From the NCBI RefSeq assembly GCF_035594765.1, contig NC_085842.1, positions 160,407,036 to 160,471,035 on the forward strand: 64,000 nucleotides of DNA, given 5' to 3'. Positions 48,021 to 61,290 of the stretch are shown here, piece by piece (the stretch's first letter is position 1; every line of letters begins with the position of its first letter). A model generated the notes under the pieces. The model saw nothing but the letters and a program-made list of their open reading frames with translations. It was not told the DNA's origin and did not search any database. The translations under genes were made by a program, and so were the position numbers. Source of the stretch: Anolis carolinensis (taxonomy: Eukaryota).

Positions 48021-49088
48021 TAGTTTGTGGGCACAAAAACAAAGTTTCTGGAGCACGACAACCACAGTAGAGTCTCACTTATCCAAGCCTCGCTTATCCA
48101 AGGTTCTGGATTATCCAAGCCATTTTTGTAGTCAATGTTTTCAATATATCGTGATATTTTGGTGCTAAATTCCTAAATACAGTAATTACAACATAACATT
48201 ACTGCGTATTGAACTACCTTTTCTGTCAAATTTGTTGTATAACATCATGTTTTGGTGCTTAATTTGTAAAATCATAACCTAATCTGATGTTTAATAGACT
48301 TTTCGTTAATCCCCCCTTATTATCCAATATATTCGCTTATCCAAGGTTCTGCCGGCCGTTTACGTTGGATAAGTGAGACTCTACTGTTGTTTGTGGGCAC
48401 AAAAACAAAGTTTCTGGAGCATGACAATCACAGTAGAGTCTCACTTATCCAAGCCTCTGGATTATCCAAGCCATTTTTGTAGTCAATGTTTTCAATATAT
48501 CATGATATTTTGGTGCTAAATTCCTAAATACAGTAATTACAACATAACATTACTGCGTATTGAACTACTTTTTCTGTCAAATTTGTTGTATAACATGATG
48601 TTTTGGTGCTTGATTTGTAAAATCATAACCTAATTTGATGTTTAATAGGCTTTTCCTTAATCTCTCCTTATTATCCAACATATTCGCTTATCCAATGTTC
48701 TGCCGGCCCGTTTACGTTGGATAAGTGAGACTCTACTGTAGTTTGTGGGCACAAAAACAAAGTTTCTGGAGCATGACAACCACAGTAGAGTCTCACTTAT
48801 CCAAGCCTCACTTATCCAAGGTTCTGGATTATCCAAGCCATTTTTGTAGTCAATGTTTTCAATATATCATGATATTTTGGTGCTAAATTCCTAAATACAG
48901 TAATTACAACATAACATTACTGCGTATTGAACTACTTTTTCTGTAAAATTTGTTGTATAACATGATGTTTTGGTGCTTAATTTGTAAAATCATAACCTAA
49001 TCTGATGTTTAATAGACTTTTCCTTAATTCCCCCTTATTATCCAAGGTTCTGCCGGCCCGTCTAGCTTGGATAAGTGAGACTCTACTG
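48021..49088. repeat. Tandem triplication of a 44-bp flank plus mariner-class MITE
   Basis: Units start at 48021, 48387 and 48739; MITEs at 48065-48386, 48431-48738 and 48783-49088. Confidence 0.9.
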
Positions 49089-49134
49089 TACTTTCAAAAT
49101 AAGGACTATACAATTAAACAGGAAATAACACAAA

Positions 49135-49762
49135 GTGTTGTTGAAGGCTTTCATGGCCGGAATCACTGGGTTGCTATGAGTTTTCCAGGCTGTAATGGCC
49201 ATGTTCCAGAAGCATTCTCTTCTGATGTTTTGCCCACATTTATGGTAGGCACCCTCAGAGGTTGAGAGGTCTGTTGGAAACTAGGCAAGTGGGGTTTATA
49301 CATCTGTGGAAGGTCCAGGGTGGGAGAAAGAACTCTTGTCTGTTTGAGGCAAGTGTGATTGTTGCAACTGGACACCATGATTCGCACTGAATAGTCTTTC
49401 AGTTTCAAGGTCTGGGTGCTTACTCCTTGACCTTGAAAATGAACAAAATCTGGCTACCAGTATTAAAAAAAACCTCTAAAATCGGGACAGTAAATAAAGA
49501 ACAACACTCAAAAACTGGGATTACCTGGCCCTGGAATTGCCCTGTTTTTTGAGTGTTGCTCTTTATTTACTATCCTGATCTTAGAGAGTTTTTTTTTTTA
49601 AAAAAAATACTGGTAGCCAGATTTTGTTCATTTTCATGGTTCCACGAATATATAAACCCAACTTGCCTAGTTTTCAACAGATCTCACAAACTCTGAGGGT
49701 GCCTGCCATAGATGTGGGCGAAACAACAGGAGGGAATGCTTCTGGAACATGGCCATACACCC
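49135..49762. mobile_element. Penelope pLTR fragments in inverted arrangement
   Basis: Minus copy 49135-49430, plus copy 49640-49762; hammerhead motifs are degenerate. Confidence 0.78.
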
Positions 49763-50984
49763 TCATACTTTGAAACAAATCAAATACCAAAGATAAAAAT
49801 GCAATCAAATCTAGTATTCTGTGGATCTTGTTTAAATGACAATTAAAAAGATAATAAAGGAAGCATATAAGCTTGAAATTTCTGAAATACATCTGTGAGG
49901 CTGGGTGAGCTGGACAAAAGTTACAATGAAAATTTGACTTTTCTTAACCAGTTCAAAGCTATTAAAGTCACTCCACTGTCAGGGGTGCTTTGAATGCAAT
50001 TTTCCTGCTTCTTGGCATGGGGTTGGACTAGATGGCCCACAAGGTCTCTTCCAACTCTATGATTCTATGAAATATATTCACCAAATGAACCTCTGAGGTT
50101 TTAGCAAAGAGCTTTAAGAAGTTTTTCAAATGGCGTATTTATAGAAAAGAGCTGGAAATAGCCGGCAGCTGTATTTTTGACACGGATTTGAGTGAAAGTT
50201 CAAGAAGATGTTATCAGTATATTAACACTTCAGTGGCTTTTCCCATCTGGATTCTTTGTCAGTGAAATTGTTTATTAGTGAAATTATCATATACGCTAGC
50301 TCTGTGGATAATATGTAGAAGAAAAATGTGACAAATCAAGGGCATTTCTCAGCTGGCAAAATACATGTCCCTAAAGTGCTTAAAATTACAAAGGCTTCCA
50401 ACGTATCCATTTAATAACTGCAAGACTCAGAAACTAAACTTTCACCTTATTTTTATGATAGCATATCTGTTTATCAAAAAGGTTTATAGGTTAATCAAAT
50501 TGCATGAAAAAGAATTAGCATGTATGTTGCATATAAGCACAATTAAAAGTTACTCTCTGCCAATTAACACCCCCCCCCCGCAATTAGCACTGTGTTCTCT
50601 CCTACAGATATACACCCGTTGCTTCGTCTTAAATCCCAGTTGATAGAAACACAGCAAAAGAAAAAAGTCAACACACTGTTTGTGAATTTTGTGTTTGCTT
50701 TCTGACAACAGCCATCACTATCATATTTTATTTCATAATTAAATAATGTAGCACTAGCAATTTCATGAATGGGGGAATGGCATTAAGGTATCTAGTAAAA
50801 AGTACCCATTTCCAGCAGATTAAACTTTTTAAAAATAAAATAAAGAAGTTTCAATTTGAAAAAGAATTTCATTTCAGTCCTAAATTTTGCCAATATGATA
50901 TGTGCCAATTATGAGTAAACTGTCTAGTATCTGATTCTGCTTGTTTAGTATTTGGAAACTCACCTAACAGCTTTTATTATATAG

Positions 50985-51221
50985 TTACTTCACAGCATAG
51001 CCTATAATATGTGGTTTAGCTGGATTCCAGTTTAAAGGAGCATCTATATAGCGTAGCTTCAGATCTGAAAACCCAGCTTTTTCTAACTCCTTTCCAGTTT
51101 CTCTGGTCAAACAGCATCCATCAAAAAAAACATCCCAAGCTGCATCATAGATTTGCTGCCAGAAGAACATCCAGGTGGAAGGAGAAGCGAGGACATGCTC
51201 CATAAAGTAGAAAGCACCTCC
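50985..51221 (-). CDS. METTL7A: METTL7A/TMT1A-like copy 1, exon 2
   Basis: Pyrimidine tract plus AG; GGAFYFMEHV..WQQI..FDGCCLTRET..PHIIGYAVK*. Confidence 0.92.
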   Translation of the reverse strand, partial: GGAFYFMEHVLASPSTWMFFWQQIYDAAWDVFFDGCCLTRETGKELEKAGFSDLKLRYIDAPLNWNPAKPHIIGYAVK

Positions 51222-52694
51222 CTGGGGAAAAAAACAAAACCCAGAATAAAGTGCATGTTACTTTTTGATGTTCTTTGGATAAGCTTCCATAGAAATTATT
51301 TTGTGAAAATAAGGATATTATTGTGATTGCTGCATGTGAGTTCTTCACACTGCTGTTCATCTTATATAGCACAACGAAAGAAAAAGATGTAAAACCCGAC
51401 TCAAAAGTAATAAGAGTCAGGATATAATATTATACACACACACATTTTAAAGGGTTGTTGTGTCCATTGGTGAGATCAGACTAATGCATTTTGTTTGATT
51501 TATAATACTGAGTTAGATACTTTTGAGTTATATACCTTAGGACTGAGTATTGTTTCTGTGTATGTTACATGTATATGATGCTCTAATATACATATTGTGT
51601 ACTACTTATGTGTGGAACCACTATTGTGTTATATAGTTCATTACATTGTTTAGAATAGACATCTGTGTTTACTCAATAGCATAAGCCTTTCCTGCCAAAG
51701 AGTGCTGGTGCCTCACAAATGACAACTCCCAGGATTCCATAGCAATGGTCTGTGATAGTTCAAGTGGTGTCAAGTTGCATTAATTCTGCAGTGTAGAAGC
51801 ACCCCAAGACAACCCAAAAGTTCCCCACATTTGATGCCATAACAGTGGGATAGGACGAGGTCATCACTTTTGGTAGCAGTGATGGGAGTAAATAGAAGCC
51901 ATTGTATTTGACTGCAGTGCAGGTCCTTACCAGTTACTGAAACTGAAACTCAAATCTCCCAATCATATTTCTAATTTTGACACTCATATCTCTTACTGAT
52001 TCAAATTGGCTTAACTTTAATGCAGATGTGAATGTAGAATGGATGTTATCTGCAGTACTTGGGCAAAACAAATATAGATCTTCATTAAATGCAAATCTGC
52101 AATCCAGACCAGGAAACTAGAACACCCAGTGGCCAGTCATTTCAACTCAGAACATCACAGCATCTCTGAATTGTTGGAGTGTCATTTCTTTCAGGCATTT
52201 TGGACAAAATGGAAGGTCCTGGATTCATAAACATAAGAACCTAACAACACAGCTTAAAGGGCACCATCATCCACTAAAGAATGTTGAAAATCCTGGGACC
52301 ATCAAGGCATCTGGGAATGCAATTGTCCCAAACCTGGGAACTGTGTCCCCAGAGATAATCCTGTCAAGCACCCATTGTCTCCCAGCCTCCCCTCATTCCA
52401 TTTCCACATCCTCCTAAAGAGATGAACAGGTAACAGGCAGCTTCAAATGCATCCAGTGACAGTCTATTTCTTTTGGAAAATGGCATTTATAACCTTTTGG
52501 AAAAATCCATTTGGATATCATAACTTTTAGATAAGCATGACCTTTCAGAGGAGAGCCAAAAACCCTTTCGAGTAGAATATTCTCTTGTGGTATTTCAACC
52601 AGATATAATTATGCAAGGCAATGGTTTCAGTTGTTAGACTGAATAACCTTTTACCTCCGATCTGTTAGGAACATCTTCTTATGAACATTTTACT

Positions 52695-53675
52695 CTTTAA
52701 TGTCACAAATCAGATTGTCATTGATCACTATATTCCAAATTTGTTTATGCCATTCTTCTAAATGAATTTCCCTTTTATCTTTCCAATTCTTTGCAACTAT
52801 CAATCTTGGCGCCGTCAGTGAACTAGAGGGAGAGAGCCTGGTATGAGTGTTTACAAATTGAACAAATGTAATGGGGTTAGAGACTATACAAAATTTGAGA
52901 GAATGATAATCCAATGTGAAAAAATAAAAAAAATTAAAAATAAAAGGTACCATAAGTGATATTTATAAATTATTACTAGAAGAATAACAAAAATGAGATC
53001 ATTTTACAGAATTATGGGAACAAGAATTAGGAAAAATTTTAAATATTCAAGAATGGAAAAGAATATGGAATATGAGTATCTTAAAAATATGTCTATAAGA
53101 ATTAAGGAAAACTATTATAAAATAATTTGGATGTTGTATTTAACCCCAGTTAGACTAAATCAGATAGACAAGAAATGTTCTAATCAGTGCTGGAGAGGCT
53201 GCCAGGAAGTAGGCTCATATATACACATTTGGTGGTCTTGTAAATATATTTTAAAATTCTGGGATATAGTTTTTAAAGAAATAAGGGCAATAATAAAAAT
53301 AGAGTTTAAAATGTACCAGAAATAGCATTACTATAAATACAGTAGAGTCTCACTTATCCAACATAAACGGGCCGGCAGAACGTTGGATAAGCGGAAATGT
53401 TGGATAATAAGGAGAGATTAAGGAGAAGCCTATTAAACATCAAATTAGATTATGATTTTACAAATTAAGCACCAAAACATCATGTTATACAACAAATTTG
53501 ACAGAAAAAGTAGTTAATTACACATTAATACAATGTAGTAATTACTGCATTTATGAATTTAGCACCAAAATATCACGATATATTGAAAACATTGACTACA
53601 AAAATGCGTTGGATAATCCAGAACGTTGGATAAGTGAATGTTGGATAAGTGAGACTCTACTGTATATGATAACAT
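52695..53675. mobile_element. L1-clade LINE ORF2 C-terminal relic in two opposite orientations, interrupted by a MITE (53340-53662)
   Basis: Plus: YLTPVRL..CWRGC..HIWWSC..FW..PEIALL. Minus (52818 leftward): LTAPRLIVAKNWK..EEW. Confidence 0.75.
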
Positions 53676-54438
53676 GATACACACACAGCGTTGCTCCGAA
53701 TTAGCGTAGGCCTACTGATGTTGGCATGACTTAAGTCACAACCAAAGTAAGTCCCATTAAAACCCTTTGACAATAATACAATTGAAGGTAATATTTAACT
53801 AAATCCAGTTAAGTGGCCATTTTTTTGGAACAGTTTGTTCAATAAAACATTACTTCAACCACGTTATATCTACTTTTTGGCTCTAAATGTCCAGTAGATT
53901 CTTGCAAAACAGGAAACCTGACATTATGTTTTGGCATAACATTTTTAGACCACGTTGTAGGAAGTGATGAGCACAATCCATATTGATAAGTATTTCCATT
54001 ACAAAACTACACGCGGTTCACTTTTTCAAGAAAATGCAGAATGCATCTATGACTATCTCTTGCTATCAGAAATATTTGGGCAATGTAGCAGAACCGACTA
54101 TGGAAAACAGAAACTTTCGATTGCTTTGTTATTTATTTATTTGTTGGGTAGGAAGGCTGAAGCAGCTCATCTCTTTTCTCAGGGAATTTTCATTGGCTGC
54201 CATTTGATTTGCACAGTCAGCTAAATCCAAATGCAACTCACCAGCTTCGTTTCTGGATCACCTAACCTCATTAGCTTTTTCATCATTGCCTTTCTGCCTT
54301 TTCAGTAAAATTCACAGGATTTTGAGAAAGAATTGACTATTTCTCTGTAGAATAGGAAAGGGAATGGCAACAGTGAATGAAGCTGGCCATAGTGAAACTT
54401 TTCAAGGATTGTTTTCAGGAAACAGAAAAGTGGAATAC

Positions 54439-54761
54439 AGTAGAGTCTCACTTATCCAACATTCGCTTATCCAACGTTCTGGATTATCCAACGCATTTTT
54501 GTAGTCAATGTTTTCACTATATCATGATATTTTGGTGCGAAATTTGTAAATACAGTAATTACTATGTAGCATTACTGCGTATTGACCTACTTTTTTCTGC
54601 CAGATTTGTTGTATAACATGATGTTTTGGTGCTTAATTTGTAAAATCATAACCTAATTTGATGTTTAATAGGCTTCTCCTTAATCTCTCCTTATTATCCA
54701 ACATATCCGCTTATCCAACGTTCTGCCAGCCCGTTTATGTTGGACAAGTGAGACTCTACTG
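54439..54761. mobile_element. Mariner-class MITE
   Basis: Full TIRs, TA TSD. Confidence 0.85.
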
Positions 54762-55334
54762 TAGTTTGTACAGTGTTGCAAACTTGCCAGGATCCCAACC
54801 ACTAGTCGTCGTTCCCCCTCCATGGTTTCACCAATGACCTAATGAAAAACTTCCAGGAATTTGTTTTGATGAATCACACTTCCACAAAGAAGAAAAAAGG
54901 TTTTAAAGAGTTGGTCCATGCTATCTGTTGGCATTTGGTTCGAGGGGCCTTGTGGATTCTAAATCCAAAGGTGCTCAAGTCTCTTTATATATAGTGGCAT
55001 ATCAATGGTGCCTCCTATATAAAATGGGAATACCAATGTTTTCTTTTTTTCTGTTTTCCCCCACCAATATTTTCAAGCCTTGGACAGGGAGGATGAACAG
55101 TATTTTAAAAAGACATTGTGCAACACATGTACCCATGGATGCGGAAGACCAACTGTATGAATAAAAATGGTGTTATGGGAACTAAAAATGAGGTCTGCAC
55201 AGAAATGCAATGCAGGCTGCCTACCTAAAGCAAAGTATTCATTACAAGAGAGGAAATGTGGTATAGTGGTTTAAGTGATGTACTATAAATCTGGAGACCA
55301 GAATTCAAATCCTTGATTGAACATAGGGTTTTTT

Positions 55335-55552
55335 TTCCATGTCAGGAGCAACTTGAGAAACTGCAAGTCGCTTCTGGTGTGAGAGAATTGGCTGTCTGCA
55401 AGGATTTTGCCCAAGGGATGCCTGGATGTTTGATGTTTTTACCATCCTTGTGGGAGGCTTCACTCATTCCCTGCATGGGGAGCTGGAGCTGACAGAGGGA
55501 GCTTATCCATGCTCCCCCCGGATTCCAATCGGCAACCTTCAGGTCAGCAATC
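55335..55552 (-). mobile_element. Vingi-tailed SINE, 5'-truncated
   Basis: Matches the 10160 and 20285 copies. Confidence 0.78.
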
Positions 55553-55967
55553 CAAAAAAAAGAGAGGCAAAAGCAAAACCCCTCTGAACAAATCGTGCCA
55601 ATAATCCCTGTAACAGGGATACCAAGTTGGAAACGAGGCACACCCTAGCCATATCCACACATGATATAAGCACACTTAAAATGTAAGTGTTTGTGTCATA
55701 TATAATCACAGAAGGAAAGAAGCTTAAACACATTCTTAGTGCAGAAGTTCTTCGTGCATGAGAAGAGATTTCACCTAAACCTTAGGAATAATTTACTGAT
55801 GATAAAGTCTGTTTGTCAGTGGAATAGGCAGTGGAGTCTCCTTCTCTGGGGGTTTTAAAGCAGAGGCTGGGTGGCCATCTGCCAGGAGTGCTTTGATTGT
55901 ATATCCCTGTATGACAGAAGGGGCTGGACTGAATGGCCCTTGAGGTCTCTTCTAATTCTGTGAGTAG

Positions 55968-56263
55968 TAAAGGTAAAGTTTTTCCCCTGGCATGAAGTCT
56001 AGTCGTATCCGACTCTGGGGGTTGGTGCTCATCTCCATTTCTAAGCTGAAGAGCCAGCGTGGTCCGTAGACACCTCCTAGGTCATGTGGTCAGCATGACT
56101 GCATCGAGCGCCATTACCTTCCTGCATGTTTTCGAACTGCTAAGTTGGCAGAAGCTGGGGCTAACAGCGGGGGTTCACTCTGCTCCCCGGATTCGAACCA
56201 CCAACTTTGCAGTCAGCAAGTTCAGCAGCTCAGCGGTTTAACCCACTGCACCACCAGGGGCTC
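55968..56263 (-). mobile_element. Sauria SINE, adjacent to a CR1 3' end (55760-55962)
   Basis: GGAGCCCCTGGTGGTGCAG head and ACCTTT tail. Confidence 0.82.
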
Positions 56264-56997
56264 CTCTTTGAGTAGTATTTCCTATTAAACTCAGTGGGGC
56301 TTCCTTCACCATAGGCATATATAGGATTGCACTGTAATAAGCATGTTTACAAATCTAACAGAGCTCTTAGAAGGTAATTCCCAGCAATTATTGCATTTAA
56401 AAAGAAAAGTGGGACGGACCAAGGGGAATTCACCACTCATCAATTCCGTGAAGTTGAACAGTTTAAAAGAAAAGTGATAAGCAGCTCTGTACGAAAGATT
56501 GGGACTTACCCAACCCTGTCTGCCGTTATTAAACAGCTTAAAACATGGCTCTTCAAGTGTGCATTTGAACAACCAACAAGATGATAGACCTCCATCTGTT
56601 CCTTGCATTTTATTTTCCTTCCTATCCATCTTATCCCAAATCATCTCAGGCAACTCTCCGACACTGGTCCATGCACTTTATTAAATGGTCTTAAAATTAT
56701 GCACTTTTATATGACTGCCCCCATTTATCCATCAGTGGTGATGCCTGTTTTTACTACCTCATTTTCATATAGTAACAACGATGGTAGTATACTGTATTCT
56801 GTGTTTTAATTGTAATTGAATCATTTAATTGTTTATTTGATTGTTGTGTTGACACTGTTTTTAGTTATTGATACTTGTTTTAACCTGTTATGTTTTGTTT
56901 CTGTTTTGGGCTTGGACCCATGTTAGCCGCCCCGAGTCCCTTCAGGGAGATGGATGTGGGATAGAAAAATAAAGTATTATTATTATCATTATTATAA

Positions 56998-57272
56998 AGG
57001 TCACAGGTTCAACTCCGGAGAGCGTAGTGAGCACCTGCTGTTAGCCCCAGCTTCTGCCAACCTAGCAGTTCGAAAACATGCAAATGTGAGTAGATTAATA
57101 GGTACCACTCCGGTGGGAAGGTAATGTCGCTCCATGCAATCATGCCGGCCACATCACCTTGGAGGTGTCTATGGACAATGCTGGCTCTTCGGCTTAGAAA
57201 TGGAGATGAGCACCAACCCCCAGAGTCGAATACGACTGGACTTAACATCAGGGGAAACCTTTACATTTACCT
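56998..57272 (+). mobile_element. Sauria SINE
   Basis: B box GGTTCAACTCC, core CTGTTAGCCCCAGCTTCTGCCAACC, tail GGGGAAACCTTTAC. Confidence 0.82.
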
Positions 57273-57587
57273 ATTATCATTATTAGTGCCTCAAATTCAC
57301 AACTGGCCAAGACCCACCAATATTAAGCACATCTCTCTTTTTCTCTAAAAAGAGGGACCTTGTTGGGCTTTCACTCCTATTTACAACTCTTAGCAGGTGA
57401 ATCTGGCTGATCGGAAGCCCCCCAGCGAAGTCTATGGTTAACGGAGGAATAACTTCTTGGATCTCCCAGGGCCCAGTCCATCACCCTAACCACTAAAACC
57501 ACACTGAGAATCCCTGTTTTGGAAAATGACTATTTTGGGATTCCTGTTTCCTATAGCCCTGCTTTCCCCACTCTGTGAGCTACTTAC

Positions 57588-58091
57588 TGGTCGCAGAACT
57601 CGCAGGACTTCGCTCAGGACTCTGGCTGTGTTCTTCACAGAGCACAGCACCAAAGTACAAACCACCACGTCCACCGAAGCATCTGGTATTTGGTGCAAGT
57701 CCTCGGCTGCTGCCACTATGCAACTCTCTAGCTTTACATGTGGATTCTTAGACAGGTTCTTGTCAAGATATTTCTGGAAGTTGGGGTTAGGGTCAGTGCA
57801 TATAACCTTGCATCCTGTAGGGTAGAACTCAAAGTTGGTCCCAGTTCCTGTGCCAATCTCGAAAATTGTAAGTCTTCCTGCAGGGCTTGCAAAGTCAGAG
57901 AGGTTGCTGAAAAGATCCTTCTTCTTGGCAGACATCTTGCTGTTGTAGTGGACAGAGAAGGAATCCATAAAATAAGGGAATGCTTTTTTGCAAAGGGGAT
58001 CCCACAATCCTAGGTAACACAGCAAGTAAACAGGGAGAGCACAGAAGTGGACACATAATCTAAGTAGGGCAACTAGAAAGTTAGTTTCCAT
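57588..58091 (-). CDS. METTL7A: METTL7A/TMT1A-like copy 1, exon 1
   Basis: ATG at 58091; hydrophobic N-terminal anchor; SAM motif EIGTGTGTNF; VDVVVCTLVLCSV; RVLRP|GTAAGT; 246 aa in total with exon 2. Confidence 0.92.
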
Positions 58092-58560
58092 GTTGACAAG
58101 AGACAAAAACTACAGAAAGAGGAAGCCGAGACAAAATAAAAGTCTCTGTGGGGTTTGGGGAGGAGTTAGTTTTTATCTGTTGCTTCCAGGGCTTTTTAAG
58201 GGGCCAATCAGATACAGCCACTCGTCCAGAAATAGTGTGATATGTGGCCAAGGCAGAACAAACAAAGTCCTTGGCAGCAGCTCTGTAGTTGCTGGTATGT
58301 CTCATATTAGAGGCACAGTTAGTTCTCTCAAGATTATGTAACAGAAAATTTTGCACTAAAGACACGGTTTCCAAACTGTCCGTAAAACTTTGTTCATATT
58401 TTCAGAGAAACTGTTGCATTTGTGGGAGCTACAAACAGAACTTGTGTAGAATTTGTGCTACCTCTTCTATCTCCATGGGATCCAGCTTTTCTCAGGCAGC
58501 AATTGGGAGTGGGGGGCTACATCCACACCACTTTAACTGCCATAGCTAAATCCTATAGAA

Positions 58561-58792
58561 TATTATTTATTTATTTATTTATTTACAGCATTTATATTCC
58601 GCCCTTCTCACCCCGAAGGGGACTCAGGGCGGATCGCATTACACATATAGGCAAACATTCAATGCCTTTTAACATAGGACAAAGACAAACAACATAGCTC
58701 CGAGCGGGCCTCGAACTCATGACCTCCTGGTCAGAATGATTCATTGCAGTTAATTGCAGTTGGTTTGCTCTCCTGTCTGTGCCACAGCCCCG
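58561..58792 (-). mobile_element. Short L2-tailed tRNA SINE
   Basis: Same head and tail as 31568-32031 with the middle deleted. Confidence 0.75.
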
Positions 58793-59119
58793 GGCTGTGA
58801 ATAGCCTTTTCTTCCATAGAGGGATTGGTGCCTCATTAAACTACAGCTCCCAGGATTCCATAGCATTGAGCCACAGCAGTTAAAGTGGTGTCAGGCTGCA
58901 TTAATTCTACAGTGTAGATGCACCCTGGATTACCAGGGGGTTTCCAGGGCTTTCCTCTCCTACCCAATCTGTCCTCCCCAAATATATGTTTGAGAGGTGA
59001 ACATGTGTCCTGTGCGAATCTCCGTTCATTTTAATTCTCCTGAAAGGAAACAGGCATTCAGATTAGTGGCTCCGCAGGGAACAGAAAATATACATACGAA
59101 TCTATGTGCTTTTCATTTA

Positions 59120-59440
59120 TTGATGGCGCAGCAGGTTAAACAGCTGAGCAGCTGAACTCGCTGACCAAAAGGTTGGCAGTTCAAATCCAGAGAGCGGGGT
59201 GAGCTCCCACTGTTAGCCCCAGCTTTTGCCAATCTAGCAGTTAGAACATGCAATGTGAGTAGATCAATAAGTACTGCTCTGGCAGGAAGGTAACAGCACT
59301 CCATGCAGTCATGGCAGCCACATGACCTTGGAGGTGTCTACGGACAATGGCAGCTTTTCAGGTTAGAAAGGGAGATAAGCGCCAACCTGCAGAGTTGGAC
59401 ACAACTAGACTTAATTTCAGGGGGAAACTTTTACCTTTTC
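59120..59440 (+). mobile_element. Sauria SINE
   Basis: TGGCGCAGCAGGTTAAA head and GGGGGAAACTTTTACCTTT tail. Confidence 0.82.
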
Positions 59441-59816
59441 GGTATATGCAGAGAAAAACAAAACATGAAATCTAAGAGGTGCATATGCTTACTGATCACA
59501 GCACTCACATGTATTCCTAAGTTTTTCCAAACAAAAAGCAGGCATTCTTTTAAAGAATAGTCCAGAATATTTTCCTTTGTGTCATAGATTGAAAGAACAA
59601 ATAGACCATACATGAGTCAAGTTGGAGGTCTAGTTGAATTGTTGGACATATTTTGATTGATGCTTTGATTGGAATGATGCATTTATCCCTATCTAGCACA
59701 AAGATTCTAAATCACACAACTACCTTATGGGGCAAGAGTAGGAAAACAGACCTTTCTTTAAAATGAGAGAGGACATACATGATTTGCAGATGGCACCATG
59801 CTACTAACAAAAAATT

Positions 59817-61290
59817 AGAATCATAGAATCATAGAGTTGGAAGAGATCTCGTGAGCCATCCCGTCCAACTCCCTGCCAGGAAGCAGGAAAATCACATTCA
59901 AAGCACCCTCGACAGATGGTTATCCACCCTCTGCTTAAAAGTCTCCAGATTAGGAGCCTCCACCGCAGCCCGGGGCAGAGAGTTCCACTGCTGAACAGCC
60001 CTCACAGTGAGGAAGTTCTTCCTGATGTTCAGGTGGAATCTCCTTTCCTGTAGTTTGAAGCCATTGTTCCGTGTCCTAGTCTCCAGGGCAGCAGAAAACA
60101 GGCTTGCCCCCTCCTCCCTATGACTTCCCCTCACATATTTGTACATGGCTATCATGTCTCCTCTCAGCCTTCCTCTTCTGCAGGCATGTGTCCAACCCTT
60201 TAAGCTGCTCCTCATAGGGCTTGTTCTCCAGACCCTTGATCATTTTAGTCACCCTCCTCTGGACACCTTTCAGCTCGTCAACATTTCCCTTAAGTTGCGG
60301 TGCCCAGAATTGGACACAGTATTCCAGGTGTGGTCTGACCAAGGCAGACGCAATAATCCAATGGTATTTATGCAGGTCAACATCCCATTGGCTTTTTTAG
60401 CTGCCACGTCACATTGTTGGCTCATGTTTAACTTGTTGTCCACGAGGACTCCAAGATCTTTTTCACACTTACTGCTGTAGAGCCAGGCATCCCCCATTCT
60501 GTATCTTTGCACTCCATTTTTTCTGCCGAAGTGAAGTATCTTGCATTTGTCCCTGTTGAACTACATTTTGTTAGTTTTGGCCCATCTCTCTAATCTGTTA
60601 ACATCGTTTTGAATTCTACTCCTGTCTTCTGGAGTGTTTGCTATCCCTCTCAGTTTGGTGTCATCTGCAAACTTGATGATCGTGCCTTCTAACCCTTCAT
60701 CTAAATCATTAATAAAGATATTGAACAGAACCGGGCCCAGAACGGAACCCTGCGGCACTCCACTCATCACTTCTTTCCAAGATGAAGACGACGCATTGGT
60801 GAGCACCCTTTGGGTTTGTTCATTTAACCAATTACAGAACCACTTAACTGTAGTTTTGCCTAGTCCACATTTGACTAGTTTGTTTGCCAGAAGGTCATGG
60901 GGGACCTTGTCGAAGGCCTTACTGAAATCCAGATACGCTACATCCACAGCATTCCCTGCCTCTAGTAAGAGATCAAATTAGTCTGGCATTACATGTTTTT
61001 GATAGATCCATGTTGACTATTAGAGATGACCTCATTTGATTCTAAGTGTTTGCAGACCACTTCCTTAATGATCTTTTCCAGCTTCACGTCGATACCAGGC
61101 AAATATTGGGATAGTTGAAATTGACCATGGCTTTCTCTTTTTTGTGCCTGTTTGGTCAACTGTTTACCGAAGGCTTTGTCGAATTCTTCAGCCTGGCTTA
61201 GAGGTCTGTAGCAGATGCCCACGACGAGATCCTTTTGAGTCCCATTTCCCTTGATTCGTATCCAGATCACATATGTGTTTTGATGTTCAA
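59817..61290 (-). mobile_element. CR1 LINE ORF2 (endonuclease remnant fused by deletion to RT and the 3' end)
   Basis: VVGICYRP (EN); LDFSKAFDKV, GVPQGSVLGP, KFADDTKL (RT); ATTCTATG tail. Confidence 0.92.

Noticed and set aside
55255-55315. tRNA-like A/B boxes (also on minus near 57450-57507)
   Set aside because: No cloverleaf can be built; these are old SINE heads, not tRNA genes.
58255-58271. Possible glucocorticoid response element upstream of METTL7A copy 1
   Set aside because: Half-sites AGAACA and AGTCCT are 5 bp apart rather than 3.
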